This document shows, in pieces, positions 55,739 to 64,000 of a stretch of DNA of 64,000 nt (positions within the stretch are counted from its first letter, which is position 1; every line of letters starts with the position of its first letter). The translations under genes were made by a program, and so were the position numbers. The notes under the pieces were generated by a model. The model had not been told where the DNA came from. It worked only from the letters and a program-made list of their open reading frames with translations, and made no database searches. The stretch comes from a virus. The stretch covers positions 8,078 to 72,077 of IMG/VR virus record IMGVR_UViG_647000328_000003; one strand, 5' to 3'.

Positions 55739-57514
55739 ATGCGGCACCTCTTCGGGGGCACCACCTCGGACTACGCCATGCAGCAGGTCGGCAACCAGCT
55801 CCTGCTCCGCCCCGGCGCCACCGGGCAAGTTTGGAACGCGATCGTCGGCGGTGCACAGCTCACCGACCTGACCGACACAACCGGGGTCCCGATCACCAGC
55901 GTGATCGCCGCCTCCGACGGGGCGGTGGCCTTCTACGGCCCGGAGGACGTCACCGAGTGCTTCATCGACTTCGGGTTCGGCCGCCGGTACACCCTCATCG
56001 CCTCCGACATCGCGAGCACCGTCTCCGCACGTCTCGACGGCCTGGTCGCTGCCGCGGCAGACGACGCCACCTCGAAGGCCAACGCCGCACAGGCCGCCGC
56101 TGTGTCGACAGCGGCAACCTCCGCCGCGGCGCTGTACCTTCCGAACGCCATCACCACCGTCGACAGCATCATCGGCCCGGCGACTCCGGCGGCCCCGGTG
56201 TACTTCGCCCACCGGGGCGGCGGCATGGTCCGCCCCGAGCACACCCTCATCGGCTACCGGGCGTCGGCTGCGATGCGGTACCCGCTCGAAATCTCCGTCA
56301 ACGTCGACGCGTCCGGTGAGCTGTGGTGCCTGCACGACCCGACCGTCGACCGGACAACGAACCGGACGGGGCTGCTGAGCTCGTACACCACAGAGGAGGT
56401 CGGGCAGCAGGTCCAGACGAACAACCGGTCCCTGCTGGGCGTCGGCTGGGCGGAGCAGCGGCTGGTTCCGCTGAGGCAGGTGCTGGACGAGTTCCTGGGA
56501 CGGGTGCCGATCCTCCTGGAGCCGAAGGCCAACGATGCGGTGGTGCCGTGCCAGCAGCTGTTGGACGCCTCCTACCCGCATGCCCCGCGCAGTGTGATTT
56601 GGAAGGCGCACATCGGGACGCTCAGCCTGCCCTGGGCGAAAGCCAGGGGCTACCGGACGTGGGTGTACCTGGACTCGGGGACCACGGACGCCACGATGGA
56701 CGGCAAGGACTCCATGGTCGACTACTGGGGTGTGAACACCACGTTCACCGACACCCGGATCAGCCAGGTCGTCGCCCGCGGGAAGCCGGTGTTCGCGTGG
56801 GCGGTGTACCGCCGCTCTCAGGTGGCGCGCCTCACTGGGCTGGGTGTTGTGGGGATGATGTCTTCGGACCCCCGGTACGTGTCGACGTCGGCCCCGCAGC
56901 GGACCGCGTCCCGGTGGGATCTCCAGATCAAGGAGTCCGGGTGCACGCCGACGATCGACTACGACCCCGACTACGCCCTCCAGTTCGCCCCGTCCCCGGA
57001 TGTGGGCTGGGTGTCGGTGGCTGCTCTGCCGTTCCAGTCGGTGGGGCTGGGCACGTACTGCCCGATCGCGGTGGGAGCGGGCGGGTACCGGATCAGCTTC
57101 GACATGAAGTTCAAGGTGTTGCCGGCGTCGACGCTGCACGGCGGGATCTACTTCGGGAAACAGAGCGACGATCCGTACCGGTTCAGCCAGTCGAACGCGA
57201 CAGGCGGATACCACCTGGTGATGCGGGCGAACGGGCAGATGCAGCTGAACCGGCACACGGCCGGCTCGACATCGGGGACGACGTTGGGCTCGGTGGTCGC
57301 GACGACGGCCCCGGTGGCGGACGCAGCGATGTCGTTTCAGGTGGATGTGACGCCGACGACCGTGGAGGTACGGCGGACGGACGGTGTCGGTTGGACGACG
57401 GGGGCGTTGGCGGATACGACGTACCGGGGCGGGTATTTCGGGTTGTCGAACGGGTCGATTACAGACGTGGCGACCCGCCCGTACTGGAGGAACCTTGTGG
57501 TGACCCAGCTGTGA
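55739..57514 (+). CDS. Tail spike/receptor-binding protein with glycerophosphodiester phosphodiesterase domain (copy 1)
   Basis: FAHRGG..RPEHTL..EISV..LHDPTVDRTT..LEPK GDPD motifs; beta-sandwich C-terminus. Confidence 0.88.
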   Translation: MRHLFGGTTSDYAMQQVGNQLLLRPGATGQVWNAIVGGAQLTDLTDTTGVPITSVIAASDGAVAFYGPEDVTECFIDFGFGRRYTLIASDIASTVSARLDGLVAAAADDATSKANAAQAAAVSTAATSAAALYLPNAITTVDSIIGPATPAAPVYFAHRGGGMVRPEHTLIGYRASAAMRYPLEISVNVDASGELWCLHDPTVDRTTNRTGLLSSYTTEEVGQQVQTNNRSLLGVGWAEQRLVPLRQVLDEFLGRVPILLEPKANDAVVPCQQLLDASYPHAPRSVIWKAHIGTLSLPWAKARGYRTWVYLDSGTTDATMDGKDSMVDYWGVNTTFTDTRISQVVARGKPVFAWAVYRRSQVARLTGLGVVGMMSSDPRYVSTSAPQRTASRWDLQIKESGCTPTIDYDPDYALQFAPSPDVGWVSVAALPFQSVGLGTYCPIAVGAGGYRISFDMKFKVLPASTLHGGIYFGKQSDDPYRFSQSNATGGYHLVMRANGQMQLNRHTAGSTSGTTLGSVVATTAPVADAAMSFQVDVTPTTVEVRRTDGVGWTTGALADTTYRGGYFGLSNGSITDVATRPYWRNLVVTQL

Positions 57515-57777
57515 GCCTGGTGGCGGGCGCCGTGGTTGGGATGGCGCCGGCGTTCGCGGGGCTCCGGGCGGACGTGACGGCCCCGCCGGGCTCGGACACG
57601 GCGGCGGTGCCGGGCGGGGGAGTTGTGGTGGGCTGGGTGCTGGTCGCCAATGAGGGAGCGGTGGGCGGCGCCCGGGTCGATCCGGTGTTCGTCGCGGCGG
57701 GCCGGGCGTGGACACCGGACCAGTTCCGGGCTGGCTTCGGGCAGGAGCTGGGCGTGTCCATCGGGCGGGCAGGCTAG
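57511..57777 (+). CDS. Small hypothetical protein
   Basis: GTGA overlap; G-rich codons like the upstream gene end. Confidence 0.55.
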   Translation: MSLVAGAVVGMAPAFAGLRADVTAPPGSDTAAVPGGGVVVGWVLVANEGAVGGARVDPVFVAAGRAWTPDQFRAGFGQELGVSIGRAG

Positions 57778-57888
57778 TCGCCGAGGTGGTCCCGCCAGTT
57801 CATGCCGTAGGCGAGCTAATCCCGCAGGCGGCACAGCGCACGCTCCAGCGCCGCAACGTCGGACGGCGGGGCGGGGGAGCCTTGAGCC

Positions 57889-58302
57889 TCACGCATCGGG
57901 GGCCTCCTCCGTGATCAGCCGTATGCCGAGGATGCGGGCCGTCGGGGCGAGGAACACCCGGGTCTCCCGCAGGTAGAACGACGTCCACGTCTCGCCCGGG
58001 TCGACGGTGTCGGCGGCGAACGACTGAGTGTGCCCGCCGTCCACGGATACTTCGTACACCTGGTTGCCGCCCGCTTCGGGATCGTCGGACATCATCTGCT
58101 CGGGCGTCACGCCGAAGGCCTTGGCGAAGTCGACCAGGTCATCCACGGTGATGCGCCGCTTGCCACCCTCGGTGGTCGCCACAACCTGCGAGAACTTCTG
58201 CCCCATTTCGGCGGCTAGCTGGTTCTGGGTCCAACCGCGTCGGGTGCGGAGCAGCTTCACGTTCACAGCCACCCGCTCGACGGCCGTTAGTCGGTCAGGC
58301 AT
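57889..58302 (-). CDS. XRE-family HTH regulator
   Basis: VKLLRTRRGWTQNQLAAEMG..TTEGGKRRITVDDLVDFAKAFGV. Confidence 0.88.
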   Translation of the reverse strand: MPDRLTAVERVAVNVKLLRTRRGWTQNQLAAEMGQKFSQVVATTEGGKRRITVDDLVDFAKAFGVTPEQMMSDDPEAGGNQVYEVSVDGGHTQSFAADTVDPGETWTSFYLRETRVFLAPTARILGIRLITEEAPDA

Positions 58303-58921
58303 CGGAGACCTCCTGTGCGGGAGCAGACAGGAAGGCCCCCACGATCTCTGTCGTGATGCCTTCGCGCTGCGCCTGAAAGATCCAGCTACGGACGGTCGCG
58401 GGAGCTACATCCCGCGTCTCGGCAACCGCCTCCGCGTACCGATGTACGCCAGACATCTGCGCCCGGTAGTAGTCCAAGGACACCTCGGCCAGCTTGGTCA
58501 GCCGTCGCCACCGGCGGGCCCCGGCCTTACCCGAACGCGGGTCGACGCCAGGGTGCAAGGAGCGAACTAGCCGCTCGGCGTCCGCCTTCACGTTGCGGGA
58601 GTAGGTAAGGCCCTCAAGGGGGCCAACCGTCGCAGCCAGGCGGGCTACGCGCTCCCAGCGTGCGAGCGGCAGATCACGCAGTATCGCCGCGCTGAGGCGA
58701 GGGGGCACCCCGCCGAGTACGCCTGTCCCAACGACGTGGACACCCATCGGCCCGTGTAGTTGGTGCGCGATGAACATGTAGTCGAACTGGACCTTCAGAT
58801 CGGGACGGTTCCGATCCTCCAGCGAAACCTTGATGGCCTCGGCCTCGCCGCGCGATGCCCTCTCGACGCCGACGACGCTCAGCTCTGGGAGAGGTTCTTC
58901 AGCGGGTGCTGGGTCAGTCAT
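58295..58921 (-). CDS. Hypothetical protein with C-terminal HTH
   Basis: AEAVAETRDVAPATVRSWIFQAQREG; overlaps the XRE start; lower GC3. Confidence 0.7.
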   Translation of the reverse strand: MTDPAPAEEPLPELSVVGVERASRGEAEAIKVSLEDRNRPDLKVQFDYMFIAHQLHGPMGVHVVGTGVLGGVPPRLSAAILRDLPLARWERVARLAATVGPLEGLTYSRNVKADAERLVRSLHPGVDPRSGKAGARRWRRLTKLAEVSLDYYRAQMSGVHRYAEAVAETRDVAPATVRSWIFQAQREGITTEIVGAFLSAPAQEVSDA

Positions 58922-59044
58922 GGGTGACTCCCTGGCAAGGGTGTTGGCAAGGGTGGCGGCGGGCTCGCCCCTTGCCAGAAGGAGCCCGCCGCTGGGTGGA
59001 CCGGTGAAGCGGCGACCCGAGGTCAGCATAACCCCTGAGCCTTG

Positions 59045-59081
59045 GAATCGTAGGCATATGCGAATCTAAAGCCTATGATTC
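59045..59081. promoter_or_regulatory. Inverted repeat GAATCGTAGGC-N15-GCCTATGATTC between the HTH cassette and endolysin
   Basis: 11-bp arms with one mismatch, in AT-rich DNA. Confidence 0.55.
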
Positions 59082-59133
59082 AAAGGTCAACGGTCGATGC
59101 GGGTCAGTACCCCGCCACCCCGCAGGAGACACC

Positions 59134-60048
59134 ATGGCCACACCACTCACAGCAGACCGGCTCCTCAAGGCCCTCCGCGACGAAGGCCTCACCGTCATCG
59201 AGCACCGGTCCTGGCGCACCAACAACCGCAACCACAAGGGCCCGATCGGCCCGATGCACGGCGTGATGATCCACCACACCGTCACCAGCGGCACCGCGTC
59301 CTCCGTCGAGCTCTGCTACAACGGCCACTCCGCCCTCCCCGGGCCGCTCTGCCACGGCGTCATCGACAAGGCCGGCACCGTCCACCTCGTCGGGAACGGG
59401 CGCACCAACCACGCCGGACTCGGCGACGACGACGTCCTCCGCGCCGTCGCCGCCGAGTCGAAGACGCTCCCGGCGGACAACGAGGCCAACACCGACGGCA
59501 ACCGGCACTTCTACGGCTTCGAGTGCGTCAACCTCGGCGACGGGAAGGACCCCTGGCCGGCCGCCCAACTGCTGGCGATCGAGCGGGCCGCCGCCGCCAT
59601 CTGCCGGGCGCACGGCTGGTCGCAGCGGTCGGTGATCGGGCATCTGGAGTGGCAGCCGGGCAAGATCGACCCGCGCGGGTTCACCATGGCTTCCATGCGC
59701 GACCGCATCGGGAAGCGCCTTGCCCCGGACCCGGCGCCCACCAAGCCGCCCGCCACGAAGCCCCCCACGCCGGCCAAGCCGAAGTGCGAGCCGTACCCCG
59801 GCGCCAGCTTCTTCCTCAACGGCAACCGGCCCGCCCTCGGGAAGAAGTCCCCCATCTTCACCGCCATGGGGAAGCGTCTCGTCGCTGTCGGCTGCGGCCG
59901 GTACGCGGTCGGCCCCGGCCCCCAGCTCGGCCAGGCCGACGTCAACAGCTACGAGGCCTGGCAGCGGAAGTGCGGCTACACCGGCACCGCCGCCAAGTGG
60001 CCCCCCGGCAAAACCACCTGGGACAAGCTCCAGGTTCCCAAGCCCTGA
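59134..60048 (+). CDS. Endolysin: N-acetylmuramoyl-L-alanine amidase with C-terminal cell-wall-binding domain
   Basis: GVMIHHT..LCHG..NHAG..YGFEC..VIGHLEWQPGKIDP; Pro/Lys linker. Confidence 0.93.
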   Translation: MATPLTADRLLKALRDEGLTVIEHRSWRTNNRNHKGPIGPMHGVMIHHTVTSGTASSVELCYNGHSALPGPLCHGVIDKAGTVHLVGNGRTNHAGLGDDDVLRAVAAESKTLPADNEANTDGNRHFYGFECVNLGDGKDPWPAAQLLAIERAAAAICRAHGWSQRSVIGHLEWQPGKIDPRGFTMASMRDRIGKRLAPDPAPTKPPATKPPTPAKPKCEPYPGASFFLNGNRPALGKKSPIFTAMGKRLVAVGCGRYAVGPGPQLGQADVNSYEAWQRKCGYTGTAAKWPPGKTTWDKLQVPKP

Positions 60049-60072
60049 CCCCACCCCAGAAACGAGACCACC

Positions 60073-60417
60073 ATGAAGCCGTTCGGCCGCGAGCCCGCCC
60101 TCGTCATCGCCACCGTCTCCGCCACCCTCTCCCTCCTCGTCTCCTTCCAGTTCGGACTCAACGCCGAACAGGCCGCCGCGATCGTCGCCGTCATCAGCGC
60201 CGTGTTCGCCGCAGCGACCGCCGCCATCACCCGACCCATCGCCCCGTCCGCGTTCACCGGACTCGTCGCCGCCGGAGTCGCGCTCCTCGCCGCCTACGGG
60301 CTCAGCGTCTCCGCCGAAACCGTCGGCGCCCTCAACGCCGTCGTCCTCGCCGTCCTCGGCCTCATGACCCGCGGCCAGGTCACCCCGGCCAAGCCGAGCA
60401 CCCCCGCGGCCGGCTGA
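60073..60417 (+). CDS. Holin
   Basis: FGREPAL..; four hydrophobic helices; ends RGQVTP; follows endolysin. Confidence 0.85.
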   Translation: MKPFGREPALVIATVSATLSLLVSFQFGLNAEQAAAIVAVISAVFAAATAAITRPIAPSAFTGLVAAGVALLAAYGLSVSAETVGALNAVVLAVLGLMTRGQVTPAKPSTPAAG

Positions 60418-60860
60418 TGCGACAGGCGGCCCGGCGGCTCCGACAACGGCTGGGCCGCCGCGGGCAGATCCTCCTCATCCTCGGCGTCGGCAAAGTGTGC
60501 TGGGGCATCGGGTTCATCGTGACTCCGCAGCAAGACCCGGCAGGGCTCCGGCTCCTTACGGACCGGTGCAGCCTCGCCGCCTGGGCATGGCTCTGGATCG
60601 TTGCCGGGGCCATAACCGCAGGGTCCGCATTCCTTCGCATAGGACGGGACCGATGGGGCTTCTTCGCCGCGATCATCCCCCCGTCCGTATGGGCTCTGGC
60701 CTACCTCTCCGCCGTCCTCACCGGCGAATACGCGCGCGGCGGTTTCGTCGCCGTGTGGTACCTCACCTCGCACGTCGGGGTCATCATGTGGGCTGCCACG
60801 GTGCCGGAGCACTCCGTCCCCCCACTGCCGCAGCAGGCCCGGAAAGGTACGGCCCCGTGA
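60417..60860 (+). CDS. Lysis-cassette membrane protein
   Basis: Four TM helices; TGATG coupling. Confidence 0.75.
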   Translation: MRQAARRLRQRLGRRGQILLILGVGKVCWGIGFIVTPQQDPAGLRLLTDRCSLAAWAWLWIVAGAITAGSAFLRIGRDRWGFFAAIIPPSVWALAYLSAVLTGEYARGGFVAVWYLTSHVGVIMWAATVPEHSVPPLPQQARKGTAP

Positions 60861-61225
60861 ACAGCACGGAGGTTGTGACGCTGGTAAGCGCCGCCCTAGG
60901 CATCTTCGGCGGAGGCGGAATCTTCATGGCAAGGGCGACAGTCCGCGCCCAGAGGGTCACCGCGGCGGCAGATGAAGCTATTGCCCGCCTCAACGCAGCC
61001 CCCCAGGCCAAGGCCCAGGACTTCGCGGTACTGCAAGCAACGGTCGCCAGGGTCGACGAGGAGAACGGGCAACTGCGGGGAAAGCAGGCCCGGTTCGATG
61101 CACTGCTGGGCGGATTCTCCCGGACGGTGAACCGCCTGATCTACCGCATGGAACGCGCAGGGATACCGGCCGAGCCGGACGATATCGACGAGCTGGTACG
61201 CGATTACATGCGAACAGGAGCCTGA
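60857..61225 (+). CDS. Lysis-cassette protein with N-terminal TM and coiled coil
   Basis: VVTLVSAALGIFGGGG; heptads; GTGA coupling. Confidence 0.75.
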   Translation: MNSTEVVTLVSAALGIFGGGGIFMARATVRAQRVTAAADEAIARLNAAPQAKAQDFAVLQATVARVDEENGQLRGKQARFDALLGGFSRTVNRLIYRMERAGIPAEPDDIDELVRDYMRTGA

Positions 61226-61226
61226 C

Positions 61227-63341
61227 ATGCCATTCCCCGAGGGCGTCCCGTCCGTCCCCGTCCGCTACAGCATCACGTCCGCAGCCGGAGGCGGCCCCGG
61301 CGAGGGCACCCTCCAGCTGATGCCGACCGTTCCCGCTGTTCGCATCCCTGGCGCGGACGGGGTGTTCACCGGCGGCGGCATCTACCGGTTCGTCGACGGC
61401 CAGCTCGCCGACGGCGAAGGCAACCAACTGCGCCTCCTTCCCACTAACATCGACGGCGCCAACCCGGCCGTCTGGGCGTGGCTCGGCATCGAATCCGTGA
61501 ACGGCTCCCAGCCCCGCCACTTCTACTTCGTGGTGGACGCCGACGCGACCGAGGTCGACCTCGGGGCCGTGCAACAGCTTGCCCCCGACCTCACCCAGTA
61601 CCTCGCCGTACCGGGGGAGTCGGCCTACGACGCGTGGCGGCGCGCAGGCAACGACGGCGACGAAGGTGACTTCCTCGCCTCCCTCGTTGGCCCGCCCGGC
61701 GACATCACCGCGGCCAACGACTACACCGACGAGCAGCTCGGCCAAGGCCTGGCTGCCGAAGTCGCCCGCGCCAACACCGCCTACGACCCGGCCGGCGCAG
61801 CGAGCACCGCACAGTCGGCAGCGATAGCCGCAGCGTCCTCAGACGCCGCGAGCAAGGCCGCAGCAGCACAAGCCGCCGCTATCTCCACAGCCAGCTCCGA
61901 CGCCGCGGCGAAGGCGAGCACCGCGCAGACCGCCGCCGTGACAACAGCAGCATCAGCCGCCGCAGCCCTCTACCTTCCCAAGGCGCTGCTCACCGTCGAC
62001 GCCTTCATAGGCCAAGCCGGCACGAAGGTGTTCGGGCACCGCGGCGCCGGGATGGTGTGCCCAGAGCACACCGAGGCCGCCTACGACTATGCCATCGCCC
62101 ACGGTATCCAAGCCATGGAGCTGTCCGTCAACGTCGACAGCGAGGGGCAGCTGTGGTGCCTCCACGACCTGACGCTCGACCGGACGACGTACAACACGGG
62201 GGCACTGAACACGTACCCGTCCACCGGGGTCGCCCAGCGGGTCCTTACCAACGGGCGGACGATGCTCGGCCAGGGCTGGACAGACCAGCCGATGGTGCCG
62301 CTCCGGCGGATGCTCGACAAGTACCTCGGGAAGGTCGTTCTCTTCCTGGAGCCCAAGGGCAACGACGCCGTCGTCCCCCTCCAGAACCTCCTGGCCACGT
62401 CGTACCCGCACGCACCGGCCAGCGCCATCTGGAAAGCCCACGTCGGCACCAGCTTTACCTGGCCCAAGCAGCAGGGCTACCGCACCTGGTGCTACGTCGA
62501 CGACGGGTCAAGCAACGCCGTCCTCGACGGCAAGGACAGCCTGGTGGACTACTGGGGCGTCTCCACGTCGATGTCGTCCACCCGACGCAAGGAGATCGTC
62601 GCCCGCGGCAAGCCAGTCTTCTCATGGCCGGTGTACCGCAGGTCGCAGCGTGCCGCCCTGGAGGCCGACGGCATCGTCGGGCTCATGTCGTCGGACCCGG
62701 TGTACGTGCGCGGCACCACCGCACAGGCCACCGCATCCCGGTGGGACCAGCAGGTCAAGGAATCCGGCGGCACCCCGCAGGCCGACTACAGCGTGGACGC
62801 CGCCCTCAAGTTCAGCGAGGCCGACGGCTGGGTGTCCATTAACCGGGCCCGCGGCACCTACGGGCTCGGCCGCTACTGCCCGATCGCCCCGGGCGCCGGC
62901 GGGTACCGCATCCAGATCGAGATGAAGTACGACCAGATCAACAGCGGGGACCTCGCCGTCCACGGAGGCCTGTACTTCGGGAAGGCGAGCGACGACCCCT
63001 ACGAGTTCAACACGGTCAACCCCAGCGCTGGCTACCACCTGATCCTCCGCCACAACGGAGTCCTCCGGCTCTACCGGCACGTCACCACGCAGACCGGGGG
63101 CATCCAGCTCGGTGCCGCGGACATCGCCACCGACGCACCCGTCGCCGGACAGTCCATGACCATCCAGATCGACGTCACCCCGACGACGATCGAAGCCCGC
63201 CGGCTCGGCAACGCCGCCTGGACCACCGGGCCCATCGCCGACACCACGAACCGCGGTGGCTACTTCGGGCTCAGCAACGGCAGCATCAGCGACACCGCCG
63301 CCAGGCCGTTCTGGCGGAACCTGGTCGTCACCCAGCTCTGA
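61227..63341 (+). CDS. Second GDPD-domain tail-spike-like protein (paralogue of 55739-57514)
   Basis: VFGHRGAG..CPEHTE..LHDLTLDRTT..LEPKGNDAVVP; same C-terminal GGYFGLSNGSI.D.A.RP.WRNLVVTQL. Confidence 0.88.
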   Translation: MPFPEGVPSVPVRYSITSAAGGGPGEGTLQLMPTVPAVRIPGADGVFTGGGIYRFVDGQLADGEGNQLRLLPTNIDGANPAVWAWLGIESVNGSQPRHFYFVVDADATEVDLGAVQQLAPDLTQYLAVPGESAYDAWRRAGNDGDEGDFLASLVGPPGDITAANDYTDEQLGQGLAAEVARANTAYDPAGAASTAQSAAIAAASSDAASKAAAAQAAAISTASSDAAAKASTAQTAAVTTAASAAAALYLPKALLTVDAFIGQAGTKVFGHRGAGMVCPEHTEAAYDYAIAHGIQAMELSVNVDSEGQLWCLHDLTLDRTTYNTGALNTYPSTGVAQRVLTNGRTMLGQGWTDQPMVPLRRMLDKYLGKVVLFLEPKGNDAVVPLQNLLATSYPHAPASAIWKAHVGTSFTWPKQQGYRTWCYVDDGSSNAVLDGKDSLVDYWGVSTSMSSTRRKEIVARGKPVFSWPVYRRSQRAALEADGIVGLMSSDPVYVRGTTAQATASRWDQQVKESGGTPQADYSVDAALKFSEADGWVSINRARGTYGLGRYCPIAPGAGGYRIQIEMKYDQINSGDLAVHGGLYFGKASDDPYEFNTVNPSAGYHLILRHNGVLRLYRHVTTQTGGIQLGAADIATDAPVAGQSMTIQIDVTPTTIEARRLGNAAWTTGPIADTTNRGGYFGLSNGSISDTAARPFWRNLVVTQL

Positions 63342-63360
63342 CGAGGCTCCGCCACCCGGA

Positions 63361-63981
63361 CTACTTGACCGTGCCGGTGAACTCAGGGAAGGCGAGGACA
63401 TCGTCGGCAGTCGTGCGCTGCACCGTCACCACGATGTCCTTGCCGTACCGCTTCTCCAGGGAGTGGTCGCTGGTCTTCACCGCCGACACCCCCTTCGCGA
63501 GGCGTCCTTCGAGGGGAGCGCTGCCATTCGAGAAGATGGTCAGATCTGCGCTGCCACCGTTCGTGGCGCCGTCCACCGATGCCGACAGCTGATCCAGGTC
63601 GATGTGCTGCCCGCTCTTGTTGTCCAGCTTCAGGCGCACCCGGAACTCGGTGTTCTTGGGGTCCGGCTCCTCGAATTCATCCCAGTCCGAGAACACCTTC
63701 GCTTCCAGCACCGTGACCTCCAGGCCATCCGGCCACGCGAATGCCTTCCCGAACGGCAGGTCCGTGGAGGGCCCGCCATCTCCGCCAGTGCCAGCTCCGT
63801 CGTCCTCGGGGCAGTGCTCCATCCAGTCCGCCTGGCTCAGTGATGTGTCCGAGCAGTCCACCTCATGCTCCGGCGCCGAAGCCTTGACCGTCGACTTCGG
63901 TGCGGCCGACTGACTGGTACTGCCGCAGGCGGTGATCGTGCAGGCGAGCAGAAGCGCCGCCGCGGCGAGAAGGGGGCGCAT
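63361..63981 (-). CDS. Lipoprotein with Ig-like (DUF4352-like) domain
   Basis: Lipobox LLACTITAC; beta-sandwich FRVRLKLDNKS. Confidence 0.8.
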   Translation of the reverse strand: MRPLLAAAALLLACTITACGSTSQSAAPKSTVKASAPEHEVDCSDTSLSQADWMEHCPEDDGAGTGGDGGPSTDLPFGKAFAWPDGLEVTVLEAKVFSDWDEFEEPDPKNTEFRVRLKLDNKSGQHIDLDQLSASVDGATNGGSADLTIFSNGSAPLEGRLAKGVSAVKTSDHSLEKRYGKDIVVTVQRTTADDVLAFPEFTGTVK

Positions 63982-64000
63982 CAGCAGCTCTCCTCGAACT

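Noticed and set aside
61790-61960. Three Ala-rich repeats in tail-spike copy 2 as a regulatory or contingency repeat
   Set aside because: In-frame helical linker also present once in copy 1; explained by protein structure
1-64000. Many long overlapping or antisense ORFs in the track (e.g. 4870-6237, 11576-13936, 24361-26715, 55688-57715)
   Set aside because: Typical stop-poor shadow frames of ~70% GC genes; Arg/Pro/Gly-rich, no motifs or RBS
1-64000. CRISPR array, tRNA/rRNA genes, IS transposase, integrase/att site
   Set aside because: None recognisable; the repeats found lack unique regularly sized spacers. Integration status cannot be determined from this window

Overview
High-GC, Streptomyces-type temperate siphophage DNA. 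Both ends of the element lie outside the window, and no integrase, att site, ParA, tRNA or CRISPR is visible. Left to right: (1) 1-15.2 kb early region with a RecE-like exonuclease, Sak4-like ATPase, antirepressor, two orphan C5 DNA methyltransferases, an iteron-containing replication initiator, DnaB and many small ORFs. (2) 15.2-20.7 kb accessory island with a Phd/RelE-like toxin-antitoxin pair, a second Rep-like protein, a GIY-YIG-GntR fusion, an F420-type PPOX oxidoreductase and a GntR-UTRA (KorSA-like) repressor. (3) 20.7-28 kb Streptomyces-type conjugative module: Xis-like HTH, Spd-like membrane proteins, an FtsK/TraB translocase, and a clt-like locus of eight ACCCTGCC 8-mers. (4) 28.7-35.2 kb small accessory ORFs. 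(5) 35.2-40.6 kb leftward packaging operon (gpF-like, terS, inserted HNH, terL, portal), divergent from (6) the 40.8-63.3 kb capsid, tail and lysis operon, which carries a -1 frameshift chaperone, a tape measure with M23 and SLT domains, and two GDPD-type tail enzymes. Best overall reading (inference): a conjugative phage or phage-plasmid that can spread both as virions and by TraB-mediated hyphal transfer. Protein family calls come from motif recognition only; no database searches were run.
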